A DNA stretch of 32,000 nt from Ignicoccus hospitalis KIN4/I (GCF_000017945.1 NC_009776.1:990001-1022000), one strand, 5' to 3'. Shown: positions 15,261 to 23,185, counted from the first letter of the stretch. The notes: a model not told the origin generated them from the letters alone. Numbers and translations: made by a program.

Positions 15261-15928
15261 GCGACCTAGCGACGGGAAACGCAGCCTTGAAAGGGTGTGA
15301 CCCGTTTGAGTGGAAGAGGGCCTTGGAGGAGAAGAACTGGAAGTGCGAGCCAGAGAACCTCGAAGAAGCCTTGGAGGTCCAGAGGAAGGTAGCTGAGGTC
15401 GCGAAGGAGGTTTGGGGGCCCGTTACGGGCTGGAAGGTGGGCCTCACCGGGGAGGAGAGCAAGAGGAAGTTCGGCGGCGGGCCCATAACCGGGCCCCTCT
15501 TCCGAGACGGCCTCTTGGGCAACGGGAGCTCCGTGGAGCTGGCCAAGCTCAGCGACCCCTTAGCGGAGCCAGAGATATTCTTCTGCGACGGCTCCTTCTT
15601 TCTAGCAATAGAAATTCCGGACAACCGTTACGGCAAGCGGTGGGACGAGCTGAACTGGCTCATGCTGCTCGCCGACCTAGCTGCCTCCAACAAGGTGGTG
15701 GTCGGGAAGGAGGTAGAGTTGAGGGACGGCGAGGAGGTGAGGGTCAGCGGCCCCGGAGTGAACTTGGTGGGAAGGATAGACATGAAGAGGATAAACGCCA
15801 ACGTAGAGTTGTTGAAGGACAAGGAAGGCTGCCTGCTCTTGGGGACTGTAGCAGATCCCTTCAAGCCCACGGCCGGGGAGTACGTGATGGAGTGTTGCGG
15901 GGGGAGAGCAACGGTCAAGTTCATTTAA
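15257..15928 (+). CDS. 2-keto-4-pentenoate hydratase-like (MhpD/HpcG, FAH-fold) protein
   Basis: 223 aa. Its pattern resembles the hydratase/decarboxylase family: GWKVGLTGEESKRKFG, AEPEIFF, LAIEIPDNRY, LLADLAASNKVVVG, LLLGTVADPFKPTAGEYV, GRATVKF. It is shorter than typical members. The TTG start overlaps the dcm stop (TTGA). Confidence 0.5.
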   Translation: MSDLATGNAALKGCDPFEWKRALEEKNWKCEPENLEEALEVQRKVAEVAKEVWGPVTGWKVGLTGEESKRKFGGGPITGPLFRDGLLGNGSSVELAKLSDPLAEPEIFFCDGSFFLAIEIPDNRYGKRWDELNWLMLLADLAASNKVVVGKEVELRDGEEVRVSGPGVNLVGRIDMKRINANVELLKDKEGCLLLGTVADPFKPTAGEYVMECCGGRATVKFI

Positions 15929-16353
15929 ACTTCTACGATACCCTTTGCGAATTCGGTTAATGTGTACTTAACAGAATATAGCGCGTCAAAGGACTCTAAG
16001 CTCAGACCCCCCTCGAGGTCCAGCCTGAAGCTCTTTCCGGCCTCCTTTAGGGAGCTCAAGGGATAGAAGCTCCAGCCGGAGTAGAGCACCTTCACCGCCA
16101 CCCACGCGTCCGCGCCTCCCCTCTCTTCCCATTCCTTGAGTATTTCATACTGTCTCCTTTCCAAGTATATGTACTTCTTATCCTTCGTAGTCTTCACTTC
16201 TATCGCTACTGCCCTCCCCTTCTTCAACGCTACCAAGTCCGGGTACAAGTACCTCTTGGCCGCCGCCCCGGAGGCGGGGGCCCTCATCACGGCCCAGCCC
16301 ATTTGGTAGAGCTTGCCCGCAAGCTCCCTCTCGAACGAAACCCTGGACCTCAA
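15925..16353 (-). CDS. hjc: Holliday junction resolvase Hjc
   Basis: 142 aa. FERELAGKLYQMGWAVMRAPASG...YPDLVALKKGRAVAIEVKTTK matches the Hjc nuclease core (ERE...PD...E-x-K). Its stop shares the palindrome TTAA (15925-15928) with the convergent upstream gene. Confidence 0.85.
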   Translation of the reverse strand: MRSRVSFERELAGKLYQMGWAVMRAPASGAAAKRYLYPDLVALKKGRAVAIEVKTTKDKKYIYLERRQYEILKEWEERGGADAWVAVKVLYSGWSFYPLSSLKEAGKSFRLDLEGGLSLESFDALYSVKYTLTEFAKGIVEV

Positions 16354-16411
16354 GGGGGGTTCCGGAAAGTTTTGGCGCTCCGGAGCTTATATCGCAAAAA
16401 GGAGAAGGCGC

Positions 16412-16819
16412 TTACTTCCCTCCCCTGACCCTCATTATTTTGTAAACTCCGGGCGGCATCACCCAGTACTCGACCTCCACGCCGGGCTCCAGACGGGACT
16501 TGAGCTCTTCCTCCTCGGGCAACGGGACCTCGAAGGTGTCGTAAGTCTCCATGTCCATCAGCTGGACGCTGTCGCCGGTGATGGCCAACACTTGGCCCAC
16601 CCTCTTCTCAATTATGGGGACCTCAACCCTCGTGTCCACGGGGGCTACGAAGGTCTTCTTGGCACCGCTGATCAAGCTTATGGCGACCACGTGAGCCTTC
16701 GCGCTCCCGTGCTTACCGGTCTTGGCCTTGCTCATCTCAACTATCTTGCACGGCTCGCCGTCTATCATTATGAAGTTGCCCGGCTTGAGCTCTCCCAAGG
16801 TCGCGTAGGTCTTGGACAC
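16412..16819 (-). CDS. eif5a: Translation initiation factor 5A (aIF5A)
   Basis: 135 aa. [30 protein letters not shown] contains the hypusine-site loop (TGKHGxAK). GTG start, with a TATA-like box about 30-40 nt upstream. Confidence 0.93.
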
Positions 16820-16884
16820 GCTCCCACCCGGTCACCGATCGGCGTAAGGAGCTAATATACGGTCGGAAGCGTGCAGAGGCTCGC

Positions 16885-17985
16885 CTAGCCTAAGAGGGAC
16901 GTCAGCTCGATTATTACCCTGTCTATTTCCGACAAGGGGGCCTCCAAGTATTTCTTGACATTTATTTTGTTCCTCTTCGCCTCCTCTAACAGCCTAGAAA
17001 CGAGCTCTATCTTCGTGACCAGCTCTTCCCCCAAGTCGTCCTTCATCCACCTCGCGCAGTCGAGCGCGGTCCTTATCTTCGGACAACGCGCGAAGAACAA
17101 GTACCAGTCCAACTTGAGCTTCAGCAAGGGATCGGGCCGGAAGTAGTACGGGACTGGGCCCACCAGCTCCTCGGAGACGTCGTCCTTCAACCACAAGACC
17201 CAACCCTCTATGGGTAAAGCGAGCTTCTTTATCATCATGAGGTCATCAAAGTTCTCTGCCTTGTTCGCCTCCACTTCCACGTCCTCGTCCCTCCTGGCCT
17301 CCTCTACGGGGGCGGCTAGGGCCTCCTTCAAGGCCGATAAGTACCTGCGCGCGGAGTCCGGCGGCAACAAGGCGGAGCGCTCGTCCCCTACGAGCCGGCC
17401 TTTGGAGAATAAGGCCGGACTCTCAAAGACCCTCGCGCCCAAGAGCTTGTACTCCACCCACTCCGGGGCCAAGGGTCTCCCGGGGAGAGGGGGGACCTCG
17501 TCCAGTTCCCCCACCCCGAGAGACCTCAATTCCTCGTTCAGCTTCTCTAACAAGTTTTTGTCCTTATTTACGAGCTCCAACATTATAGCGTATTCGCCCT
17601 CCAGCTCCAGCAGGGGTTCCTTGTTCTCCAACAACCCCTTAGTCAGCTTGACGAAAGCGTTGTTCTCGCTCGACCTCGTGTGGATTATTACCTTATTCTT
17701 AACCTTTCTAATCACCACCAAGGTCCCGTCGTGCTTTCGGAAGGCCCTCCTTACCTCGGGCACCCCGCCCAAGAGCTCGGTTACCTCATGAACGTTGGGG
17801 AACTTCGTGAAAGACCTATAAGCAATTATATCTGCTTTATTCTTAATTACGTATAAACCCCTCGCGGGTATTAGGTGTTTGGACTTCAAGAAGTCCTTCC
17901 AAGAGGTGACGTTGCGGGGGTAACTGATCACGTTGCCCTTCTGGGAGAGGACGTACTTGTAGTGGGCGAGCGCGAGGTCCTTCAA
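16885..17985 (-). CDS. Putative ATP-dependent RNA/DNA ligase-like nucleotidyltransferase (Rnl3-like)
   Basis: 366 aa with covalent nucleotidyltransferase motifs in order: I KHDGT (FRKHDGTLVVI), III MLELV, IV IEGWVLWLK, V LLKLKLDWY. An unusually long acidic/Ala-rich segment lies between III and IV. The assignment rests on motifs only. Confidence 0.45.
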   Translation of the reverse strand: MKDLALAHYKYVLSQKGNVISYPRNVTSWKDFLKSKHLIPARGLYVIKNKADIIAYRSFTKFPNVHEVTELLGGVPEVRRAFRKHDGTLVVIRKVKNKVIIHTRSSENNAFVKLTKGLLENKEPLLELEGEYAIMLELVNKDKNLLEKLNEELRSLGVGELDEVPPLPGRPLAPEWVEYKLLGARVFESPALFSKGRLVGDERSALLPPDSARRYLSALKEALAAPVEEARRDEDVEVEANKAENFDDLMMIKKLALPIEGWVLWLKDDVSEELVGPVPYYFRPDPLLKLKLDWYLFFARCPKIRTALDCARWMKDDLGEELVTKIELVSRLLEEAKRNKINVKKYLEAPLSEIDRVIIELTSLLG

Positions 17986-18226
17986 GGCTTCCTAGGGGCC
18001 CCGTCAAAGGCTCGGATATCAACTTTCGCTCAGAAGAGTCCGGCGACGTTCGGCGGTCGCGGGGTTTAAGACTTGGTCGTCGGAGGGGACGTAAAGCCCC
18101 TTCAAGAGGGCCGCGCCGCGGCGAAAGAAGGGGAGGGAGCGCTGGGGCGCTTGGACCTTTGGGAGACTTAAAGTGTGAGAAGCGTTCACATACTCTCCGG
18201 TCAGCAAGTACCGACCGGGAAGGAAA

Positions 18227-19807
18227 ATGGACTTGAAGGCCCTAGTAGGCCTTCTGCTCTTACTGGCCGGCCTCGGAACCGTAGCGCTGTTCGCCGTCGG
18301 CGCGGCCCTCTGCTCGCTGGCCCCCGGGGCGGAGGAGGCTTGGAAGTACGTCGCCTCGAAGGGGATAAAGGTCGTGGACCACACGGAAGTGTTCAAGAAG
18401 TTTAACATAACAGAGTACGAGGGCTCTAAGACTTGTTTGAAGTGTCACGAGAAGGAGGTTAGGGACTTCGTCCACAGTTACCACTACAGGCTAATAAACA
18501 CGGTTAACGACGTAGCGGGCAAGGGCAGCGTAGAGGTGGGGAGCAGGACGCTCTACAACGACTTCTGCGGCGCTATATTCTGGAACAAGACCGTGTCAGT
18601 CAACTTCATAGGCAAGGCAGTATTGAAGAAGACCCCTCCGGGGATGGAGAAGCTCAAGGGCAAGCTGATAGCCACCGGCTGCTCCATGTGTCACGGAGCC
18701 AGCTTGGGCATGATACCAAACATAAACCCCACTGAGAAAGACCTAGAGAACGTAGACTGCTTAGTTTGTCACTCAAACACGTACAAAGGCGGCGCTATAG
18801 GAATTAAGAAGGGGTTCAAGGAAGTAGTTAAAACTAAGGAAGGCTGGAGGTACGTCCCTAAGATATCGATAGAGGAGGCTGCGAAGATAGTAGCTAAGCC
18901 GTCCAAGGACGCTTGCTTAGCGTGCCACGCCTTCGCGGGCGGCGGGCCTCACTTCAAGAGGCCCAACATAAGTCCGGACCTCATGGGCAAGGTGTCGGAG
19001 GACTTCGACGTACACATGGCTAGGGGGCTTCAGTGCGTGGACTGCCACACGTTCGAGCGCCACAAGGTGGGCACAGAGGGGGTGGGGACTTGGTCTAGGG
19101 AGGCGAGGCCCGTCAGCTGTACGGACTGCCACCCCAAGAGGCACAAGGCCCCCTTGGTAGGCTTCATAATAGAGAACTTCCACAAGAAGGTCGCTTGTCA
19201 GACTTGCCACATATCGCACATAGCCCACGGCAAGTACCCGATAGACGTGGAGAGGGACTGGAGGCACATAGAGTTTAACGAGAAGCTGGGCAGGTGGGAG
19301 CCCAAGCTGGTATTGAAGAAGAACTTGAAGCCGGTGTATATGTGGTGGAACGGTGAGAAGAGGGAGGCCTACTTGTACCCCGACCCGGTGGAGGGCGAGG
19401 TAATAGTCTACGCAAGGCCCGTGGGAGACGAGAGCGACGGCAAGATCTACCCCTTCAGGGAGCACGTTGCCTACGTACCTTTCGACGAGAACAAGAAGAT
19501 ACCGATACCCATAAAGGTGGGGATAGTGTTCGCCTTAGGAGATATCAACAAGGCCGTGCAAGCGGGAGCGAAAGTTGCGAACCTAACCTTCACTGGGAAG
19601 TTCATCAAGATGGTTCGATACATGAACGTGGACCACGGGGTGGTCCCCGCGAGTAAGGCGTTGAAGTGCGTGGACTGCCACAGCCCGTGGAGCGCGCTGC
19701 CGCTGGAGGAGCTCGGCTACTGGTACCCGCCGATAATCTACTACGGCGCCCCCGTTATAGCCTTGATTGGCGTTGCGCTGTTGGCGCTCTCGCTTAGGAA
19801 GAAGTGA
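18227..19807 (+). CDS. Octahaem c-type cytochrome with an N-terminal signal/anchor and a C-terminal TM anchor
   Basis: 526 aa with eight CxxCH motifs (CLKCH, CSMCH, CLVCH, CLACH, CVDCH, CTDCH, CQTCH, CVDCH). It has an N-terminal hydrophobic segment (LVGLLLLLAGLGTVALFAV) and a C-terminal TM helix plus basic tail (APVIALIGVALLALSLRKK). ATG start. Confidence 0.85.
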   Translation: MDLKALVGLLLLLAGLGTVALFAVGAALCSLAPGAEEAWKYVASKGIKVVDHTEVFKKFNITEYEGSKTCLKCHEKEVRDFVHSYHYRLINTVNDVAGKGSVEVGSRTLYNDFCGAIFWNKTVSVNFIGKAVLKKTPPGMEKLKGKLIATGCSMCHGASLGMIPNINPTEKDLENVDCLVCHSNTYKGGAIGIKKGFKEVVKTKEGWRYVPKISIEEAAKIVAKPSKDACLACHAFAGGGPHFKRPNISPDLMGKVSEDFDVHMARGLQCVDCHTFERHKVGTEGVGTWSREARPVSCTDCHPKRHKAPLVGFIIENFHKKVACQTCHISHIAHGKYPIDVERDWRHIEFNEKLGRWEPKLVLKKNLKPVYMWWNGEKREAYLYPDPVEGEVIVYARPVGDESDGKIYPFREHVAYVPFDENKKIPIPIKVGIVFALGDINKAVQAGAKVANLTFTGKFIKMVRYMNVDHGVVPASKALKCVDCHSPWSALPLEELGYWYPPIIYYGAPVIALIGVALLALSLRKK

Positions 19808-19813
19808 GCTTCA

Positions 19814-19832
19814 TTATTTTTTATTTTCTTTT
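19814..19832 (+). terminator. Oligo-T terminator after the cytochrome gene
   Basis: TTATTTTTTATTTTCTTTT begins 7 nt after the stop codon. This is a typical archaeal poly-T termination signal. Confidence 0.45.
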
Positions 19833-19878
19833 AAGTGGTCATTCCTTTGTTCCATTCTTGTTGCCTTTGAACGTATAT

Positions 19879-20307
19879 CTTTCTATTCTCTTTTGAGACT
19901 TCACATTCTCTTTCCTCTTTTGGGTGTCTGGGAGTCCTGCGCTTTCTATCCTCTCTTGAGACTTCACAGTGTTAGAAGGTAAAGAGATAGAGATATTGAA
20001 CGTTAGAGAATCTTTCTATCCTCTTTTGAGACTTCACAGGAAGTGGCGAACGAGGAGGAGGCCAAGAGACTGTGTGACTTTCTATCCTCTTTTGAGACTT
20101 CACTTGTGAACCCCGTTCTGGTGGTACAGGCCGAGAGCGAGGTCTTTCTATCCTCTTTTGAGACTTCACAACTTACGAACGGTGACTTAGGTACAACAGG
20201 AAGTCTAAGTCTACTTTCTATCCTCTTTTGAGAGTTCACAACACCACGAAGAAGTTATTGCGTAAAAAACATTACCGAAAGCTTTCTATCCTCTTTTGAG
20301 ACTTCAC
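19879..20307 (-). CRISPR. CRISPR array with 7 repeats of 26 nt and 40-44 nt spacers (one apparent 37-nt spacer is a decayed repeat region)
   Basis: Plus-strand consensus is CTTTCTATCCTCTTTTGAGACTTCAC, at 19879, 19942, 20012, 20078, 20144, 20214 and 20282. The minus-strand form GTGAAGTCTCAAAAGAGGATAGAAAG ends in AUAGAAAG, like the 8-nt AUUGAAAG crRNA 5' handle. This places transcription on the minus strand with the leader at the high-coordinate side. Variant repeats: R1 (C9T), R2 (T14C), R6 (C21G). Confidence 0.93.
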
Positions 20308-20598
20308 CGAAGCCTTCCATATAAAGCCCCAAGGTCTTTCCCTTAAAAGAATTGCATTCTACTGCGAGTTTACAATTCCCCAAACTTTTCCCTTTATTCA
20401 AGAAATTTTTCCTCTGCCCTTCCCTCCACGATCTTCAGCGTTCCCATGAAAAGATATAAGGGGGTTTGAGAGAGTGAATAGTAATGGTGCGCTTTCGAAT
20501 ATAAGATGTTCCCATGTGGGCAAAGATGAGAAAGGAAATTAACAAATATAAAAGTTTGGTAATGAGTTATACAGAAGCATCAATGGGCGTCCCGTGCC
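20308..20598 (-). promoter_or_regulatory. CRISPR leader (AT-rich, with several TATA-like boxes)
   Basis: About 290 nt of conspicuously AT-rich, non-coding-looking sequence abuts the perfect repeat R7. It contains CATATAAAG, CCTTAAAAG, GATATAAG, AATATAAG and AAATATAAAAG boxes and a duplicated GTTCCCATG (20440, 20508). ORFs listed here (for example 20514..20708) look spurious. Confidence 0.6.
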
Positions 20599-20606
20599 CT
20601 ATATTT
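20599..20606 (+). promoter_or_regulatory. TATA box for trmI
   Basis: CTATATTT is centred about 33 nt upstream of the GTG start at 20635, which fits a very short or absent 5' UTR. Confidence 0.4.
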
Positions 20607-20634
20607 CCGCCCGGGACCGCGGGCTGGGGAGAGA

Positions 20635-21390
20635 GTGGAAGTAAGGGAAGGCGACCTGGTTCTGATATACATAGACAAGAGGAGGAAGAAGTTAGTGAAA
20701 GCGATTAAAGGAAAGGTATTTGGGAGTGACTTAGGAGTGTTGAAGCTTGACGACGTAATTGGTAAGAGGTACGGCGAGAGCGTGGAGTTCAGCACGGGGG
20801 CTAGGGCTTATATCCTCAAGCCCACGCTGGAGGACGTACTCTTCTCATTTAAGAGAAGAACGCAAGTGATCTACCCGAAGGACTTGGGGTTGATGGCGAT
20901 CAAGCTGGGGGCAGGCCCGGGGAAGAGGTGCTTGGAGGGCGGCTCCGGGTCGGGCTTCGTGGCAGCTACCTTGAGCTGGTTCGGCTGCGACGTGGCCTCC
21001 TTCGAGGTGAGGAAGGAACACTTGTACGTTGCCAAAAGGAACTTAGAGGAGGTCGGATTGAGGGTAACCTTCGTGAACGCTTCCATAGGGGAGGCCCCGG
21101 AGGTCTACGGCGAGGAGAGCTTCGACGCGGCGGCTGTGGACGTGGGAGACCCTTGGAAGTACGTGGACGGGGTGTGGAGGGCCCTCAAGGGCGGCGCCCC
21201 GGCGGCCTTCTGGCTGCCCACCTACAACCAGCTGGAGAAGCTGAAGGAGGCCTCGCGGGGCAAGTTCATTTGGATGGAGAGCCTCGAGGTCAACGAGAGG
21301 AGGCTCAAGGTCGAGAAGGGCGCCACCAGGCCCGAGCAGACGGGGATAACCTTCACGGGCTTCTGGGCCTTCCTTAGGAAGGTTTACTGA
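20635..21390 (+). CDS. trmI: tRNA (adenine57/58-N1)-methyltransferase TrmI (Gcd14 family)
   Basis: 251 aa with RRTQVIYPKDLGLMAIKLGAGPGKRCLEGGSGSGFVAATLS (SAM motif), DAAAVDVGDPWKYVD and ERRLKVEKGATRPEQTGITFTGFWAFLRK. All are typical of TrmI. Confidence 0.85.
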   Translation: MEVREGDLVLIYIDKRRKKLVKAIKGKVFGSDLGVLKLDDVIGKRYGESVEFSTGARAYILKPTLEDVLFSFKRRTQVIYPKDLGLMAIKLGAGPGKRCLEGGSGSGFVAATLSWFGCDVASFEVRKEHLYVAKRNLEEVGLRVTFVNASIGEAPEVYGEESFDAAAVDVGDPWKYVDGVWRALKGGAPAAFWLPTYNQLEKLKEASRGKFIWMESLEVNERRLKVEKGATRPEQTGITFTGFWAFLRKVY

Positions 21391-21521
21391 TTCCCAGTTA
21401 AAAGCTTTCATCAGAAAGCCCAAGTTCTATTATATGAGATTTCTCCTCAAAGCTTTCACGTGGGACGTCAGAAAAGGTTCCCCTTCCTCAAGGACTTCTC
21501 ACTTTCGGCTTTTCTCATCTA

Positions 21522-22271
21522 ATGACAAAAGTGATTTGGTGTAAGTACTCCTCGGTGGGAGTCGCGCTTCCCAGGTGGGTTTGGGACGAGCTGAGGGCCA
21601 CCGCGGGGGAAACAGTAGTCCACACTAGGGGCTGGGACTGGCAGCTCTTGCAGCCCCGCTACAAGGCTAGGCCCAGCGTGAGCGACCTCACCAGCCCGTG
21701 CCCCACGAAGAGGGACGTATACTTGAGGAAGGTGTTAGGAGTTAGGCTGGAGAGCGAGGCAATGAGCAAGGGAAGGGCCGTCCACGAGGCCTTCATGGCC
21801 CCGTTCAAAGGAGTCGAGCTGGAGACAGAGGACCCCCTCTTGAAGAGGGTTTACGAAGAGGCAAAGGTGAGGAAGGCCGCAGCCGAGGAGGAGGGGATAC
21901 CCGTCGAGGTAGAGCCGGAGATACCCGGCCACTCGGTGGGCCTCTCTAGCGCCCTCAAGCCGGACTTCTTGGTGGGGTTCATACCGGTTGAAGTGGTTTA
22001 CGGTAACGGCCTCGAAAGGAAGAAGCTAGCCGTTACCGGCTACGCCCTGGCCTTGGAGTCTTGGATAGGCCACCCGGTGGAGGTCGGAATAGTGGTGAGC
22101 GTTACCGACAAGAAGACTTACTGGAACGTGGTCAGGATACACGAGGGCTTGAGGAGGAGGTTCCTTGAAGTGAGGGACGAGGTGGCGAGGATCTTGGGCG
22201 AGAAGGAGGACCCGGGCGCGCCCGAGGAGTGCCCCAAGGCGTGTCCCTTCGCGGAGGTGTGTAAGAGGTGA
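21522..22271 (+). CDS. csa1: Csa1 (Cas4-like RecB-fold protein of type I-A adaptation modules)
   Basis: 249 aa sitting directly upstream of cas1 with a GTGA overlap. It has an RGWDW motif, an N-terminal Cys (SPCPTKRDVYL) and a C-terminal cysteine triad (ECPKACPFAEVC), as in Cas4-family Fe-S nucleases. The ExK of the nuclease core is not obvious (PVEVVYG). Confidence 0.65.
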   Translation: MTKVIWCKYSSVGVALPRWVWDELRATAGETVVHTRGWDWQLLQPRYKARPSVSDLTSPCPTKRDVYLRKVLGVRLESEAMSKGRAVHEAFMAPFKGVELETEDPLLKRVYEEAKVRKAAAEEEGIPVEVEPEIPGHSVGLSSALKPDFLVGFIPVEVVYGNGLERKKLAVTGYALALESWIGHPVEVGIVVSVTDKKTYWNVVRIHEGLRRRFLEVRDEVARILGEKEDPGAPEECPKACPFAEVCKR

Positions 22272-23185
22272 ACGTCTTCGTAATTTCCGAGCCAGGGAAG
22301 CTGTTCGTGAAGGACGGGGGACTGGCCTTCGCCAACTCTAAGGGGGAAGTCGCCTACTTGGCCAACTTGTACGACGTGATAATACTAGCGACCTCAAAGG
22401 TCTCTGTCACGGGCGCCGCCCTCAGGGCCATGGGGAGGCTCGGGGTGGACTTGGTGGTCTTGGAGTGGAACGGCAGGCCCTCGGGGAGGTTCTCCTCGCC
22501 CGTCCCCAACAAGAGCGCCCTCGCGCGCCTCAAGCAGTACGAAGTGGTCTTAAAGGGGGAAGGCTTGAAGTACGCAAAACCCATGATAGTTAGAAAGATA
22601 ATAGAACAAGGCAGGACGTTGAGATACTTCGCCAAGACTAAGAGGATGAAGTGGCTCAGGGAGGCCAGTTACGAGCTGGAGAAGCTCTCCGCGGACGCCT
22701 CCTCCGCAGGCTCGCCGGAGGCGCTGAGGGCCGTGGAGGCGCAAGCGGCGAGGCTCTACTGGGGGCTGCTGTCCGAGGCCTTCCCGGAGTTCCCGGGGAG
22801 GGAGCACGAGGGCTGCGACCCGTACAACTCCGCCATAAACTACTCCTACGGGATCCTTTACTCTTACGCGTTCAAGGCCTTGAGCGTGACCGGCTTGGAC
22901 CCCTACGCCGGCCTGTTCCACGCGATCAAGAGCGGGAGGGAAGCCTTGGTCTACGACTTCTCGGAGCAGTTCAAGCCGTTAGTAGATAGGCGCGCGTTGC
23001 CCTTAGCGCACGAGCTCGAGGTGGACGGCTGTTCACTCACTTACAGCTCCAGGAAGGCCTTAGGAGAGGAAATCAAGAAGCTCTTGGAGTCTTGCGACAA
23101 GACCTTGCTCGCCGAGGCGTGGAACTTGGCCAGCTCAATGAGGGAGGGGAGGGAGTACCTCCCGGGGTGGAAGGGGTGTACGTGA
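22268..23185 (+). CDS. cas1: Cas1 integrase
   Basis: 305 aa with YNSAINYSYGILYSYAFKALSVTGLDPYAGLFH and a REALVYDFSEQFKP core typical of Cas1. GTG start. Confidence 0.93.
   Translation: MNVFVISEPGKLFVKDGGLAFANSKGEVAYLANLYDVIILATSKVSVTGAALRAMGRLGVDLVVLEWNGRPSGRFSSPVPNKSALARLKQYEVVLKGEGLKYAKPMIVRKIIEQGRTLRYFAKTKRMKWLREASYELEKLSADASSAGSPEALRAVEAQAARLYWGLLSEAFPEFPGREHEGCDPYNSAINYSYGILYSYAFKALSVTGLDPYAGLFHAIKSGREALVYDFSEQFKPLVDRRALPLAHELEVDGCSLTYSSRKALGEEIKKLLESCDKTLLAEAWNLASSMREGREYLPGWKGCT

Noticed and set aside
14313-15928. A restriction-modification system formed by the C5 methyltransferase and its downstream neighbour
   Set aside because: The downstream ORF shows hydratase/FAH-fold-like motifs, not a PD-(D/E)xK, HNH or GIY-YIG nuclease pattern. 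The upstream neighbour is TFE. The methyltransferase is therefore treated as solitary.
17986-18226. The GC-rich 240-nt spacer upstream of the cytochrome gene as a possible structured RNA gene
   Set aside because: I found only short local hairpins and an inverted TTTAAG/CTTAAA pair, which is most simply two divergent TATA-like boxes. There are no box motifs, no tRNA-like fold and no extended covarying stems.
18019-18408. 129-aa minus-strand ORF (and the + ORF 18175..18405) spanning the cytochrome promoter and 5' end
   Set aside because: It is antisense to, or out of frame with, the well-supported cytochrome start, has low-complexity Ala/Ser/Pro/Arg composition, and has no promoter logic.
19767-20239. 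ORFs 19767..19982 (+), 19972..20169 (-), 20003..20239 (-) and 20043..20231 (+), with internally repeated peptides (for example SQKRIE, EVSKEDRK, LSSFETS)
   Set aside because: The peptide repeats are translations of the CRISPR repeat in different frames. These are array artefacts, not genes.
20514-20795. ORFs 20514..20708 (+) and 20580..20795 (-) in the leader and trmI 5' region
   Set aside because: They lie in AT-rich leader sequence or overlap the well-supported trmI start, and they have no recognisable features.
23092-23175. The start at 23092 given in the track for cas2
   Set aside because: It would add about 28 residues translated from the 3' end of cas1 in another frame. The conserved Cas2 N-terminal beta strand (VYVIVSYD) starts at GTG 23176, which gives a typical Cas2 of about 82 aa with a short overlap on cas1.
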